A stretch of 63,558 nt of DNA, counting the filler, from Octopus bimaculoides (taxonomy: Eukaryota), in NCBI RefSeq assembly GCF_001194135.2. It is 6 parts of 6 records of this genome, joined end to end, with 100 filler letters (N's around TTAATTAATTAA, not from the genome) between each part and the next. Parts side by side here need not be neighbours in the genome. Positions count along the whole stretch, not along the records: positions 46,154 to 53,886 come from NC_068996.1; positions 53,987 to 58,448 come from NC_068997.1; positions 58,549 to 63,558 come from NC_069010.1; 3 more parts are not named here. One strand, written 5' to 3'. Positions 51,130 to 62,685 of the stretch are shown piece after piece. The first letter of the stretch is position 1. Every line of letters begins with the position of its first letter. The notes under the pieces are model-generated. The model searched no databases. It saw only the letters and a program-made list of their open reading frames with translations, and was not told the DNA's origin. A program made the translations under genes and the position numbers.

Positions 51130-51698
51130 GACTAATCTTCTCTCTTCGATCCTTTGCGCCACATGGGCTAAACTCTCCTCCCCTCTTAATCTAACCCCTC
51201 CCCCTGCCTCTCTCCCCCTACGCCCTCCCTCCTACTTCCTCCCACCCACCTCTCTTCTCCTCTCACCCACCTCTCTTCTCCTCTCACCTACCTCTCCTCT
51301 CCTGCTTCGACTCCTATTTGTCTGTACTTCTCTCCACTCCTACTTCTCTTCACCCCTACTCTTTCTCTTTTCTCTCTTGCTCTCTCTCTTACTCTCTTCT
51401 TCTCTCTTACTCTCTCTCTCTTCTTCTCTCTTACTCTCTCTCTCTCTTACTCTCTCTCTCTCTCTTACTCTCTTCTTCACTCTTCTCTCTTCTCTCTCCT
51501 CGTTTTCTCCCTCCTCCCATACCCACCTTCCCCCTCTCTTATACCCACCTTCCCCTTCCCCTTCATCGTCACCCCCTTCCCCCTTCATCGTCAACCCTCC
51601 TTCATAAGCCCATCCCACACCTACATACTCCTACCCTACCTTCTCATCCCACCCCATCCCATCCCTTACACCCACCCCAACCTCTGCCTACCCACATA
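51130..51698. repeat. CT/CCT-rich low-complexity tract
   Basis: Directly visible polypyrimidine tract running into an N gap. Confidence 0.9.
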
Positions 51699-52768
51699 NN
51701 NNNNNNNNNNNNNNNNNNNNNNNNNNNNNNNNNNNNNNNNNNNNNNNNNNNNNNNNNNNNNNNNNNNNNNNNNNNNNNNNNNNNNNNNNNNNNNNNNNNN
51801 NNNNNNNNNNNNNNNNNNNNNNNNNNNNNNNNNNNNNNNNNNNNNNNNNNNNNNNNNNNNNNNNNNNNNNNNNNNNNNNNNNNNNNNNNNNNNNNNNNNN
51901 NNNNNNNNNNNNNNNNNNNNNNNNNNNNNNNNNNNNNNNNNNNNNNNNNNNNNNNNNNNNNNNNNNNNNNNNNNNNNNNNNNNNNNNNNNNNNNNNNNNN
52001 NNNNNNNNNNNNNNNNNNNNNNNNNNNNNNNNNNNNNNNNNNNNNNNNNNNNNNNNNNNNNNNNNNNNNNNNNNNNNNNNNNNNNNNNNNNNNNNNNNNN
52101 NNNNNNNNNNNNNNNNNNNNNNNNNNNNNNNNNNNNNNNNNNNNNNNNNNNNNNNNNNNNNNNNNNNNNNNNNNNNNNNNNNNNNNNNNNNNNNNNNNNN
52201 NNNNNNNNNNNNNNNNNNNNNNNNNNNNNNNNNNNNNNNNNNNNNNNNNNNNNNNNNNNNNNNNNNNNNNNNNNNNNNNNNNNNNNNNNNNNNNNNNNNN
52301 NNNNNNNNNNNNNNNNNNNNNNNNNNNNNNNNNNNNNNNNNNNNNNNNNNNNNNNNNNNNNNNNNNNNNNNNNNNNNNNNNNNNNNNNNNNNNNNNNNNN
52401 NNNNNNNNNNNNNNNNNNNNNNNNNNNNNNNNNNNNNNNNNNNNNNNNNNNNNNNNNNNNNNNNNNNNNNNNNNNNNNNNNNNNNNNNNNNNNNNNNNNN
52501 NNNNNNNNNNNNNNNNNNNNNNNNNNNNNNNNNNNNNNNNNNNNNNNNNNNNNNNNNNNNNNNNNNNNNNNNNNNNNNNNNNNNNNNNNNNNNNNNNNNN
52601 NNNNNNNNNNNNNNNNNNNNNNNNNNNNNNNNNNNNNNNNNNNNNNNNNNNNNNNNNATATATAGGTGAGAGAGTTGGTATGTCAAAGCACGTGGTTGGA
52701 TGTATAAAAGACACAGCAAAGAAGTGGTGAGATAACAAAGAAGTGGTGAACCCAAGACGAGAAGCTGC

Positions 52769-53873
52769 ATATATTTAAATCGTTATGTTAGAAAAATGTT
52801 ATAAAATTTTGTGTAAAGTAAATTTGTTTTTGGAGAAATAACCGGTTTCGTATTTTCTTTTCAAATTTCTCAAATTTCTTTACCGATATTGTGTCATCTC
52901 TTCTATGAGTGAAGTATGAGAGTTCTAGACAGAAGAAGGTAATCAAGATTTTCTCGTTATAAGGGAGATAATCAAAAATGTTGGGAATGACTAGGTTTTA
53001 TTAATTTAATATGATTTAGTTTAGAAAGTAGAGAATGTTAGAAATGGTTTTTCCAATGAAGTAGGTTTCCTTATTTAATCTAACTTCTGTTGGTGTTTCA
53101 ATGGCACATTGAAGAAATGGAAAGATTACAAATTGTGGTGGCAATTGCTTTGCACATTTCTCAATGTGTTCACTAAAGGATATCATTCTTCATTCTGGGA
53201 ATGCAATCTGCTGTCGGTGCAGAGTGCATCTGCGCCTGAGCGATAATCATGTAGTCCCTATGTAGTTTTTGTGGCCCGAGCATCTCATAACATAAATCAG
53301 GTTTTCTGAGGCACAAGTAAAGACAGATTTGATTTTGAATTTGTGTCCCTCTTTGAAAAGGAATTCGGATCCTTCTAGGTTTGGGCATGTTGCGCAATTT
53401 GGTCGACCACATTTATTCACTTTTGCATCCGCTATTTTAGAAAATAATTTTGCCTTTGTAAGGATCTTTTTAATGATTTCAGTTGTTTGTGGCTTTTAAT
53501 GATCTTATATGTGTGTGAAATTTCCGTTAATTTGGGGTCCTTATTGTAGCATTGATAAATTTTGGGTGATGATGGTGGAGGTTTCTTTGTTTCTGGGGTT
53601 GTATGTGGACATGTGTGGCAGTATTTTCCGGGAAGGTGTGTTGTTGTGTTGAACCTTTCTTAAGGCTTCCATATCCCTTATACCGAAAAAATCCCTGATT
53701 ACCTTCCCCTGTCTGGAACTCTCATACTTCACTCATAGCGAAAAGATGACACAATATCGGTAAAGAAATCTGAGAAATTTGAAAAGAAAATAGGAATCCA
53801 GTTATTTCTCCAAAAACAATGTTACTTTACACAAAATTTTATATTTTTCTAACATATAACGATTTAAATATAT
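52769..53873 (-). mobile_element. Penelope/Neptune-type PLE 3' end (GIY-YIG) flanked by ~200-bp inverted repeats
   Basis: Minus strand: PHMSTYNPRN linker; CGRPNCATC (53385-53411); ENLIYVMRC; NYIGTT; LHRQQI; SEHIEKC. Inverted repeats at 52769-52966 and 53674-53873. Confidence 0.85.
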
Positions 53874-54355
53874 TCTTTAACCATATNNNNNNNNNNNNNN
53901 NNNNNNNNNNNNNNNNNNNNNNNNNNNNNNTTAATTAATTAANNNNNNNNNNNNNNNNNNNNNNNNNNNNNNNNNNNNNNNNNNNNTATGTATGTATGTA
54001 TGTATGTATGTATGTATGTATATATATGTATATATGAAATGCAAGGCAAATCATATTTTGACAAAAGTACCTCTCAGTGGAAATAAAGGAAGTGATTATA
54101 ACACATGTTTTTATCTCTCTCTGATTAGAAACATTGGTATCGATCTAATGAGTTTCTACTTTTGTTAACCTTCCTCCAGAGCAGGTTTACTTATCTACTA
54201 CTCACAAAGAAATTACTGCTATTTATAGTGTATACAAAATCGGACACCTAAACGTGACTGTATAATTAGCATGAGCTGACAACGAATATAATTAAGCAAT
54301 TAATAATACAAAACAGAACTCTTGAAAATATGAAATGTAAGGCTCACTATTTTAG

Positions 54356-54433
54356 CTTCGAGTGAAAAGCAATTCAGTGGGACAGAAAATGGATATTCTT
54401 TCTCTGATGAAGATGCAAGAAAACCAGAAACTA
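54356..54433 (+). CDS. Candidate host-gene exon (78 nt, phase 1-1): SSEKQFSGTENGYSFSDEDARKPET
   Basis: ttttag acceptor, open frame and paralogy to the next exon; the donor GTTAGA is weak. Confidence 0.3.
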
Positions 54434-54643
54434 GTTAGAGCAATCCCACTTTTTACGCTCATGGACATATAAAACCTTCTTCGTAAGTATTTTGTTTACC
54501 TTTAAGAGTGAATCTCAAATGATATGTTCATTTGAAATAATATACCTTACTTTTAAAATTATCCAAAACATTGCCTTTTTATGAATAAAATATTTACTTT
54601 GTCAATGCATGCGTTGTTATGTAAATTAGGCAGAGTAATTTAG

Positions 54644-54751
54644 TGGTGTCCGAATTTGTAAACATCACAAATATCTACAAGTTACTGATCTCTATAAGGA
54701 CAGAGGATGGGAATTTTTTCTCTGATGGTTATCTAACAAGACTAGAAACTG
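54644..54751 (+). CDS. Candidate host-gene exon (108 nt, phase 1-1): VSEFVNITNIYKLLISIRTEDGNFFSDGYLTRLET
   Basis: atttag acceptor, strong G|GTGAGT donor, length a multiple of 3 and an open frame. Confidence 0.45.
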
Positions 54752-54900
54752 GTGAGTTTCTAGTCTTCTGCTCATGTTGAGATAAAAATTAGTTGTGTAA
54801 CTTCTTTGTTTACTCCACGAAATGAAACTAAACTCGTAATTTTATTAAAGAATTATCACTTACATTTAAAATGCTATTAATATTAACTTTTACCATACAG

Positions 54901-54993
54901 ATTTCGCTTCTGGATATTTCCTTCATCAGCTCTCAACTGAGACCACAACGATTTCAGCATCTTCTCATAATATTTTCTACCTCGTAGTGACAA
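54901..54993 (+). CDS. Candidate host-gene exon (93 nt, phase 1-1): FASGYFLHQLSTETTTISASSHNIFYLVVT
   Basis: ttaactttttaccatacag acceptor, A|GTATGT donor, length a multiple of 3, and in frame with the previous exon. Confidence 0.5.
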
Positions 54994-55049
54994 GTATGTT
55001 TTCCTCTTTCATTCCTGCTGCTACCATTTAAAACCAAACTAGTTGGATG

Positions 55050-55256
55050 GTTGAGTAGCTGCAAATACCCAACTCATATAAGCAACGGACGACTCAAGCC
55101 TGCTCCAGGTGCACATGTAGAGACAAGTCTAAATATCCTCTAGGGCAGGAGTGCGATATATCTTCCGTTGTTTATGAAGTACAGGTTTCAGCAATCTACA
55201 ACAATGGTTATACAAATATCAAACGTTATATCGGAGCTGTGGAAGGAAAATTTAAA
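55050..55256 (+). mobile_element. N-terminal half of a PLE GIY-YIG endonuclease with CxC linker (Hydra-clade-like)
   Basis: One open frame CTCRDKSKYPLGQECDISSVVYEVQV..KRYIGAVEGKFK starting at 55110. Confidence 0.75.
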
Positions 55257-55299
55257 TCACCTTTCACATTTTAATATATATTAATTCTAAATGCTCAAT

Positions 55300-55405
55300 T
55301 GGTACTTATTTTATCGACTTCAAAAAGATGAAAAGCAAAGTCAACCACGTGAAGACGGCGAAATAAATGTCCGGCATGCTAACGATTCTGCCAGTTCGCC
55401 GCGTT
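55300..55405 (-). mobile_element. SINE family B fragment
   Basis: ttggtacttattttatcgac..atgaaaagcaaagtcaacc..gctaacgattctgccagttcgccgc. Confidence 0.75.
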
Positions 55406-55559
55406 CAGCGAAATGTTGATATTAACACACAACACACACTAATGCACGCAAGCACGCACGCACACACACAGACACACGCAATAATATATGTTTTCGTATA
55501 ATATATAGTTTCATACGTAAATATTAAGCAACTATTAGACACTAAACATCAACTTATTA

Positions 55560-56720
55560 CTCATATATTCACGAGATGTTCCTTGGAACTTCTGTTAAGA
55601 TGCGAGCGAACAAGTCAATTGTGGAACTATATGCTTGTATGACAGAGTATTCAATCCCAGCGATTTGTGTTCCACACAATATCGCTACACGTCTACCAAT
55701 TTATCAGCTGAAATCGACTTTTCAAAGTACTCAGAGAGTCGCAGAACACCGTCAAGAGAGACTTCTATTTCCAATTTCCAGTTTTTAACGTTACCCTCAT
55801 TGCATACAATTCGTCAAATTGCACTGAAAAATTCTGCTCGTGTTCGGAATCAGAATGAACACACTCACTGCAGTCCGTCGTAGACGGAACTGTTGTTAAC
55901 ACGCTGTGCTTCTGCTGTCTGTGCACTACGGACAGTTTCAGTGCATTCGTGTTACAGCACATGCGCTCTAATTCGGACAAGGCAACCTTCGTGTTTCGCG
56001 TAGAACAAATGGTCATGAGCTATTCTTGCCGTCAGTATGTCTTTTGTGATGCCTCTTTAGTTCACTTCTTCGAAGCGACTAACTACTTCCTTTTTTAATC
56101 CATTTTCCTCTATCACTATCTCTTTGCTAAAAGTTACCGTGTTTTTTTTCTAATTTTGCTTTTTAGCCAACTTGCCTCCTGTTGTTGATCATGTCCTCCG
56201 TGAATTCTTCTTTAGCTAGTATGCCAATCCGATTCCCCAAATCTTTCTGCACCTGGAAGGACACGTTTATCTTCGTGTAGCTGGCTACTTGTCCGTTTTT
56301 TGTTTTCTTTGTGAAGATTACGAATTTGTGATCTGATTAGTCAATTTCCTGAATCTGCAGGAAACTTGCACTAAACCGATTTGCTCTAGAAAACCTGATC
56401 GACCTGGATGACTCACTGTGATTTGACCAAATACACATAGATATATTGGGGAAATGGAAACAAAAGCTGTAAGAGTGAGAAGTGCCTGAGAAACATAGTA
56501 AGACCTTTGCACTCCGTTCTCTTACCAGCTACTCCCTCACAATCATTGCGTGCACCGAAATGTTGTTCCAATTGCCAAGTAACACTAATGAGTTGTTTCT
56601 AGGAAGTCTCTCGGCGTCTAAAGAAAGGTTATCCGGTACTTGTTGGGGTATAAAGACAAGTAGTCTGAATGTTTCAACAATGCCTTCGTTGCAATGTGGT
56701 TGATGTAATTGTAATTATTC
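55560..56720 (-). mobile_element. Highly decayed RTE-like LINE fragment
   Basis: Weak endonuclease C-terminal-like words (SDYL..KYR..TH). Shares ..ctatctctttgctaaa.. context with 58760-59290. Confidence 0.3.
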
Positions 56721-56804
56721 TATTTCTTGGTGGTTGTGGTAATTGTCATCTTGGTTGCTTTATATTATGCGCTTTTGTTGCTCTTCTTACTGTGTCCAAA
56801 AAGA

Positions 56805-57110
56805 CGAAAAGCAATATTGACCTCGGTGACATTTGAACTCAGAACGTAAAGAACCGGAAGAAATACTACTAAGAAGTTTGTCAGATGCGCTAACGCATTT
56901 GGCTGTTTGCCGTCTTATTGTTTCAAATTTTGGCACAAGATCAATAATTTTGTAGTAGAAAGGGTTAGTCAATTACATCGTCCCCAGTGCTCAATTAGTA
57001 CTCCTAAAGGATGAAAGGTAAAGTTAACATCATCAGGATTTGAACTCAAAACTCCGAAGAAATACCGCTGAGGATTTTGTCTGAAGCGCTACCGATTTTG
57101 CCGTTTCTCA
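56805..57110 (-). mobile_element. Two adjacent SINE family B fragments
   Basis: Two occurrences of ..atttgaactca.aac..gaagaaatac..aag.attttgtc.ga.gcgcta.cg. Confidence 0.7.
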
Positions 57111-57309
57111 TGTCAGGCAATAATTAAATACTCTGCTTAGAATATTGCAAAAATCTTTCAGCAATGTAGAATTGTTGACTCATGTGTTAGCAATTCAATA
57201 AAATGCAGTTAATTTGCTTGTTTATTTGTATGAATGTATGTATGTATGTATGTATGTATGTATGTATGTATATGTGTTCACACACATATACATGTATTCT
57301 TTGTAATTT

Positions 57310-57510
57310 CGATACAAAGTCAGCAATTTTGAGAAGAAGTGGCAGTCGGTTACATCGATCTTAGTGCTGACTGGTACTTTATTTTATCATCGAGCTCAAA
57401 AGGATGAGAAGCAAACTCTACTTTGGCGCGATTTGAACACAGAATATAAAGAGCCGGAAGAAATACTAATTAGCATTTTGTCCAACGTGTTTAACGATAC
57501 TGCCACCTCG
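57310..57510 (-). mobile_element. SINE family B copy
   Basis: ttacatcgatcttagtgctgactggtacttattttatc..atttgaacacagaat..ttaacgatactgccacctcgccacct. Confidence 0.75.
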
Positions 57511-57715
57511 CCACCTATATAGGCGCGTCAGTGTATGCGCGCACACATACACGCATTCAAACACATACACATACATGTATGTGTACACCGTGCATATATG
57601 TGTGTGTGTGTTTGTATATATATATATATATATATACATGCATACATACATACATACTTACATATATATATATACATACATTACATATATATATCAAAGG
57701 AGAGAGATAGAGGGA

Positions 57716-57750
<35 letters not shown>

Positions 57751-57764
57751 NNNNNNNNNNGAGA

Positions 57765-57806
<42 letters not shown>

Positions 57807-58574
57807 TTAAATCCCACATTTGCACGTAAATATACATACATACAAAAATACATAAATATACGTCGCGAAGCATACATAAATACATAGACAGATGCATACA
57901 TATTTATGCATGTGTGTGTCCCGTACTAGCAAGTGCTAAAGGCAGTGGGTGGAGAACTAAAGACACTGCTGTAAAATTTCCAAACCTCAGAATAAAATAT
58001 AAAAAAGCAATTAAAGAGAAGGGGAAAATAACAGACAATATAGAAAATAGACTTCCTCTTCCACTCCCATCTCACTATTGACTCACGTTCTCTATCTAAC
58101 ACTCTGTCTGCGGGGTTGGCTGTCTTCCTACAAACAGCACCACTCTGCCACTTCCACCACCACTACTGCCTTTATTTGCTTCTTTGTTTTGTTTGTTTGC
58201 GTTGCTACCACCACCCTTCATCGATTGGAGATATGCTGTGTCTACAACTTGGTTTCGATTCTCGGTGAAGACCACTTCAATTATTTTACCGTTCATTATG
58301 AAAAGTCGTCTATCTATCTATCTACCTATCTACCTATATGTATGTCTGTCTGTCTGTCTATCTCAAAACATATATATATATATGTATATTGATAGAAAGA
58401 TATATACATATAAATATATATAGATACACACACACGCATTATATATATNNNNNNNNNNNNNNNNNNNNNNNNNNNNNNNNNNNNNNNNNNNNTTAATTAA
58501 TTAANNNNNNNNNNNNNNNNNNNNNNNNNNNNNNNNNNNNNNNNNNNNTATATATATATATATATATATAAGCA

Positions 58575-58724
58575 CCTACTACACTCTCGGAGTGGTTGGC
58601 GTTAGGAAGGGCATCCAGCTGTAGAAACTCTGCCAAATCAGATTGGAGCCTGGTGTAGCCATCTGGTTTCACCAGTCCTCAGTCAAATCGTCCAACCCAT
58701 GCTAGCATAGAAAGCGGACGTTAA

Positions 58725-58755
<31 letters not shown>
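58575..58755 (+). mobile_element. 5'-truncated RTE 3' end with (GAT)n tail
   Basis: ggagtggttggcgttaggaagggcatccagc..accagtcctcagtcaaatcgtccaacccatgctagcat..(gat)n, homologous to 7980-8125 and 1-92. Confidence 0.8.
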
Positions 58756-58756
<1 letters not shown>

Positions 58757-58759
58757 CCA

Positions 58760-59290
58760 TTGACTTTAGTCCGTTTCAAGTGAGATGCTCTTCAGCGTCC
58801 ATCGTCCACAGCAAAGGCTCCAGAGCCAAAACATACTCATTGCCTGGTCGAAACAGGTAACTTTGGTGCCTTTTTTGTGTTTCAGTACACACAGCCTATG
58901 CAACTTTCGTGTTCCATATCAATAGTTTGAAAAGCATTCTCACGACTAGCTTATCATCTGCGATGCCCCTTCTAAACACCCAAATAGTTTCTCTTTTACT
59001 ATTGTTATCTCTTTGCTAAAGTCAATGAATGCTTCCCCAAATTTTTTGCTTTAACATAATACAACACATTTTGTTGATAATAGCAACCCCCTCCTGCCAA
59101 TTCCTGCTTAACGAGGTCACTACTGATATCTTTCTGCACTGATTGCAATTCCTTTTCTAGTAACCAGCTCCTTGTTCATTTGTCTTTTCTGAGTTGATTC
59201 TCTTAAGTCACATATTTGTAGTCCAAGTAGCCAACCACCTGGAACTGTAAACAACTTATACAGTTTAGCTGACGAAAGTCCTAAACGTGA
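58760..59290 (-). mobile_element. Decayed LINE fragment related to 55560-56720
   Basis: Local nucleotide similarity only; no clean motif. Confidence 0.25.
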
Positions 59291-59515
59291 CTTAAATATG
59301 ATCAACGTTACATCGGTACATTAGGGAAATGGATGAAATACCTGGCAGACAGTCAGTTGGAGGTGCCTGACAAGGTTTGCAGGGCCTTTGCACCCCAACC
59401 TCCTATCAGCGTCACTTTAATAACCCCCATTTCATTTGCTTGCTAACAGTAACGAGTGAGATGTTCCAATGATCACGTTTGCGAAACCTTTCAGCCAGTT
59501 CAGTTAGCCTTTTTT

Positions 59516-59680
59516 GTGCCATTTTGTTCAGAAAGGGAATAAAGCTTTTTTTGTGCCATTTTGTTCAGAAAGGGAATAAAGCCTTTTTTGTGCCATTTTG
59601 TTCAGAAAGGGAATAAAGCCTTTTTTGTGACATTTTGTTCAGAAAAGGAATAAAGCCTTTTTTGTGCCATTTTGTTCAGA
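59516..59680. repeat. 37-bp minisatellite, at least 4.5 copies, running into a gap
   Basis: Unit gtgccattttgttcagaaagggaataaagcctttttt, starting at 59516 and 59553. Confidence 0.9.
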
Positions 59681-59879
59681 NNNNNNNNNNNNNNNNNNNN
59701 NNNNNNNNNNNNNNNNNNNNNNNNNNNNNNNNNNNNNNNNNNNNNNNNNNNNNNNNNNNNNNNNNNNNNNNNNNNNNNNNNNNNNNNNNNNNNNNNNNNN
59801 NNNNNNNNNNNNNNNNNNNNNNNNNNNNNNNNNNNNNNNNNNNNNNNNNNNNNNNNNNNNNNNNNNNNNNNNNNNNNAA

Positions 59880-60325
59880 TCAGCCATATCCAGCCCAAAT
59901 ATTCTGCCTACTTTATGTTCAAACTGAGCAGATCTGGCCTCTCATACCTACCTTACTCTGTCGATTTTAAGATATACAGTCGCACAGCTTTGGGTCTTGA
60001 AGCTACAAAATAATCTTTTCTACTATAGACACAAGGCCTGAAATTTAGGGGGGGAAGGGGCAAGTCTATGACATCGACCCCAGCACTCAACTGGTACTTG
60101 ATTTATCAACCCTGAAAGGATGAAAGGCGAAGTCGGCCTCGGTGGAATTTGAACTCAGAACGTAACAGCAGACGAAATACCGCCAAGCATTTTGCCCGGT
60201 GTGCTAACGTTTCTGCCAGTTCGCTACCTTCTTGAAGCCATGAAATAATGCATAATTAATTCAAAATAATGTGAATGAAAAGGCATTACTTATAAGAGGG
60301 TAATCTAAACGCTGAAAGGTTGGGT
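59880..60325 (+). mobile_element. piggyBac-type MITE copy 1, interrupted by a SINE
   Basis: Homologous to 60345-60578 (cagcccaaatat..ttatgttcaaactg..cctctca.acctacc). A SINE B copy is inserted at ~60020-60228. Confidence 0.6.
60020..60228 (-). mobile_element. SINE family B copy
   Basis: Collinear reverse complement. Flanks tcttgaagctacaaaataat and tcttgaagccatgaaataat look like a decayed TSD. Confidence 0.85.
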
Positions 60326-60344
60326 CGTTGCTTATATGAAATGT

Positions 60345-60578
60345 GTTCAAATCCTTAGCATTTAAACAAGACATACCCAGCCCAAATATATCCACATGTT
60401 TTATGTTCAAACTGGCCAGATCCAGCCTCTCACACCTACCCTACAATGACATTCTAAAAATAAACAATAACATCATTGTAATACCAAAGCTGTGAGATAA
60501 TACAGGATGAATTCAAAACAATGTCAATTAATAAGCATTACATTTGACAGAATAATTTAAATGAATGTTAAAGGATTA
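60345..60578 (+). mobile_element. piggyBac-type MITE copy 2
   Basis: Degenerate ends ..ccttagcattt and aatgttaaagg; the interior is collinear with copies 1 and 3. Confidence 0.6.
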
Positions 60579-60666
60579 TACATACATACACATGGATACA
60601 CATGCACACATGTATATATGTATATATATGTGTGTGTGTGTGTGTGTGTATGTGTGTGTATATATA

Positions 60667-60701
<35 letters not shown>

Positions 60702-60710
60702 TGTATATAC

Positions 60711-61379
60711 CCCTTTAGAATTTCAACCAAGGCCTATTGAGTACAAATATTCTCCCTGTCTTATGTTTGAACTTTGCCAGACCTGGTCTCTCGCATATAA
60801 CCTATAATATTATTCTAAAAGGCGGAGAGCTGGCAGAAACGTTAGCACGTCGGGCGAAATGCTTGGCGGTATTTCGTCTGCTGTTACGTTCTGAGTTCAA
60901 ATTCCGCCGAGGTCAACTTTGCCTTTCATCCTTTCGGGGTCGATTAAATAAGTACCAGTTACGCACTGGGGTCGATATAATCGACTTAATCCGTTTGTCT
61001 GTCCTTGTTTGTCCCCTCTATGTTTAGCCCCTTGTGGGCAGTAAAGAAATAAAAAACGTTAGCACGCTGGGCGAAATGTTTAGCGGTATTTCGTATGTCT
61101 TTACGTTCTGAGTTCAAATTCCGCCGAGGTCGACTTTGCCTTTCGGGGTCGATAAATTAAGTACCACTTGTGTACTGGAGTTGATCTAATCAACTGGCCC
61201 CACCTACCCCAAAACTTTCGGGCCTTGTGCCTAGAGAAGAAAAGAATATTATTCTAAAACTAAACAATCGCATCATCAAAGTCTGCAAAGCTACGAGACA
61301 GTTTATGATTAACTCAAAACAATGTGATTTAAATAAGCATTACATTTGACAGAGTAACCTGAAGGAGCCAAAGGGTTAA
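60711..61379 (+). mobile_element. piggyBac-type MITE copy 3, interrupted by a SINE dimer
   Basis: Ends ccctttag.. and ..aaagggTTAA. CCCT/AGGG termini with TTAA are the piggyBac signature. Confidence 0.65.
60821..61244 (+). mobile_element. SINE family B dimer with 15-bp TSD
   Basis: aatattattctaaaa at 60806-60820 and 61245-61259; two SINE bodies with different tails. Confidence 0.88.
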
Positions 61380-62273
61380 TGAGCGCAGTTAATTAATTCA
61401 TTTAGTACATTGCAAATTAATCAACAGCAGATGGGCTTGGAATTCACACCAATACAGATAGGGCCATAATTGACATGTAGCATACCCATGTAGCGAAAAA
61501 TAGAGAGATAGGTATATTCTAATATTATCCCTAATAGCAATGCAACGAGCATGCTATTGTATGTGTATCCATTTTGTCTCTAGTTTAACATATATATATA
61601 TATAACATACAATTTATTTACCGTATATTTCATAGGATCAGCAAAGATAACATTCTTGTTTGCATGGCTGATTTTTTTTTTCTTTTTTGTGATAAATTAC
61701 AGTAAGGTTTTTCTCCCTCTTTTTTGTCGTTTAGTTTGATAATATTAATAATGAAGCTGATTTAAAAAAATATATACTGGACAAACAGCATGAAAGTATT
61801 CTGGGACGATTGTCGTCACAAATGTGTTGTGATAATGTAAATATGGTGTGTGTGGTTTTAGCAGTCTTATTTCATACTTACGTGTATAATAATGTTGTTA
61901 GGAAATGCCGGTTTGACAATATCAAAGTACAACAACAAAAAAAGTGCCTGTTTAAGCAATTTTCCACAGTGTGTGCATGTGTGTGTGTGCATGTATGTGT
62001 GTAAAGTTTTTTATATATGGTAATTAAAATACATTAAGCTGTTGACTTAAGTTTCGTGGTTTGGCAATCGTTTTCACTTCACATAGAAACTCTTATGCTG
62101 CCATTTCATCAGGTACAGCAAATATGCAAATTTGTTGCTTAGCAATGAAACTTAAGCTGCACATTTACATATGTTAAGTACCATACAAAGATCACATCTA
62201 ATTCTTGATTGTTCACTCAGTAACACACGTGTGTGTATATCTGTGTATTCATGCATGTATGTATGTATGTATG

Positions 62274-62304
<31 letters not shown>

Positions 62305-62685
62305 ATNNNNNNNNNNNNNNNNNNNNNNNNNNNNNNNNNNNNNNNNNNNNNNNNNNNNNNNNNNNNNNNNNNNNNNNNNNNNNNNNNNNNNNNNNNNNNN
62401 NNNNNNNNNNNNNNNNNNNNNNNNNNNNNNNNNNNNNNNNNNNNNNNNNNNNNNNNNNNNNNNNNNNNNNNNNNNNNNNNNNNNNNNNNNNNNNNNNNNN
62501 NNNNNNNNNNNNNNNNNNNNNNNNNNNNNNNNNNNNNNNNNNNNNNNNNNNNNNNNNNNNNNNNNNNNNNNNNNNNNNNNNNNNNNNNNNNNNNNNNNNN
62601 NNNNNNNNNNNNNNNNNNNNNNNNNNNNNNNNNNNNNNNNNNNNNNNNNNNNNNNNNNNNNNNNNNNNNNNNNNNNNNNNNNNNT

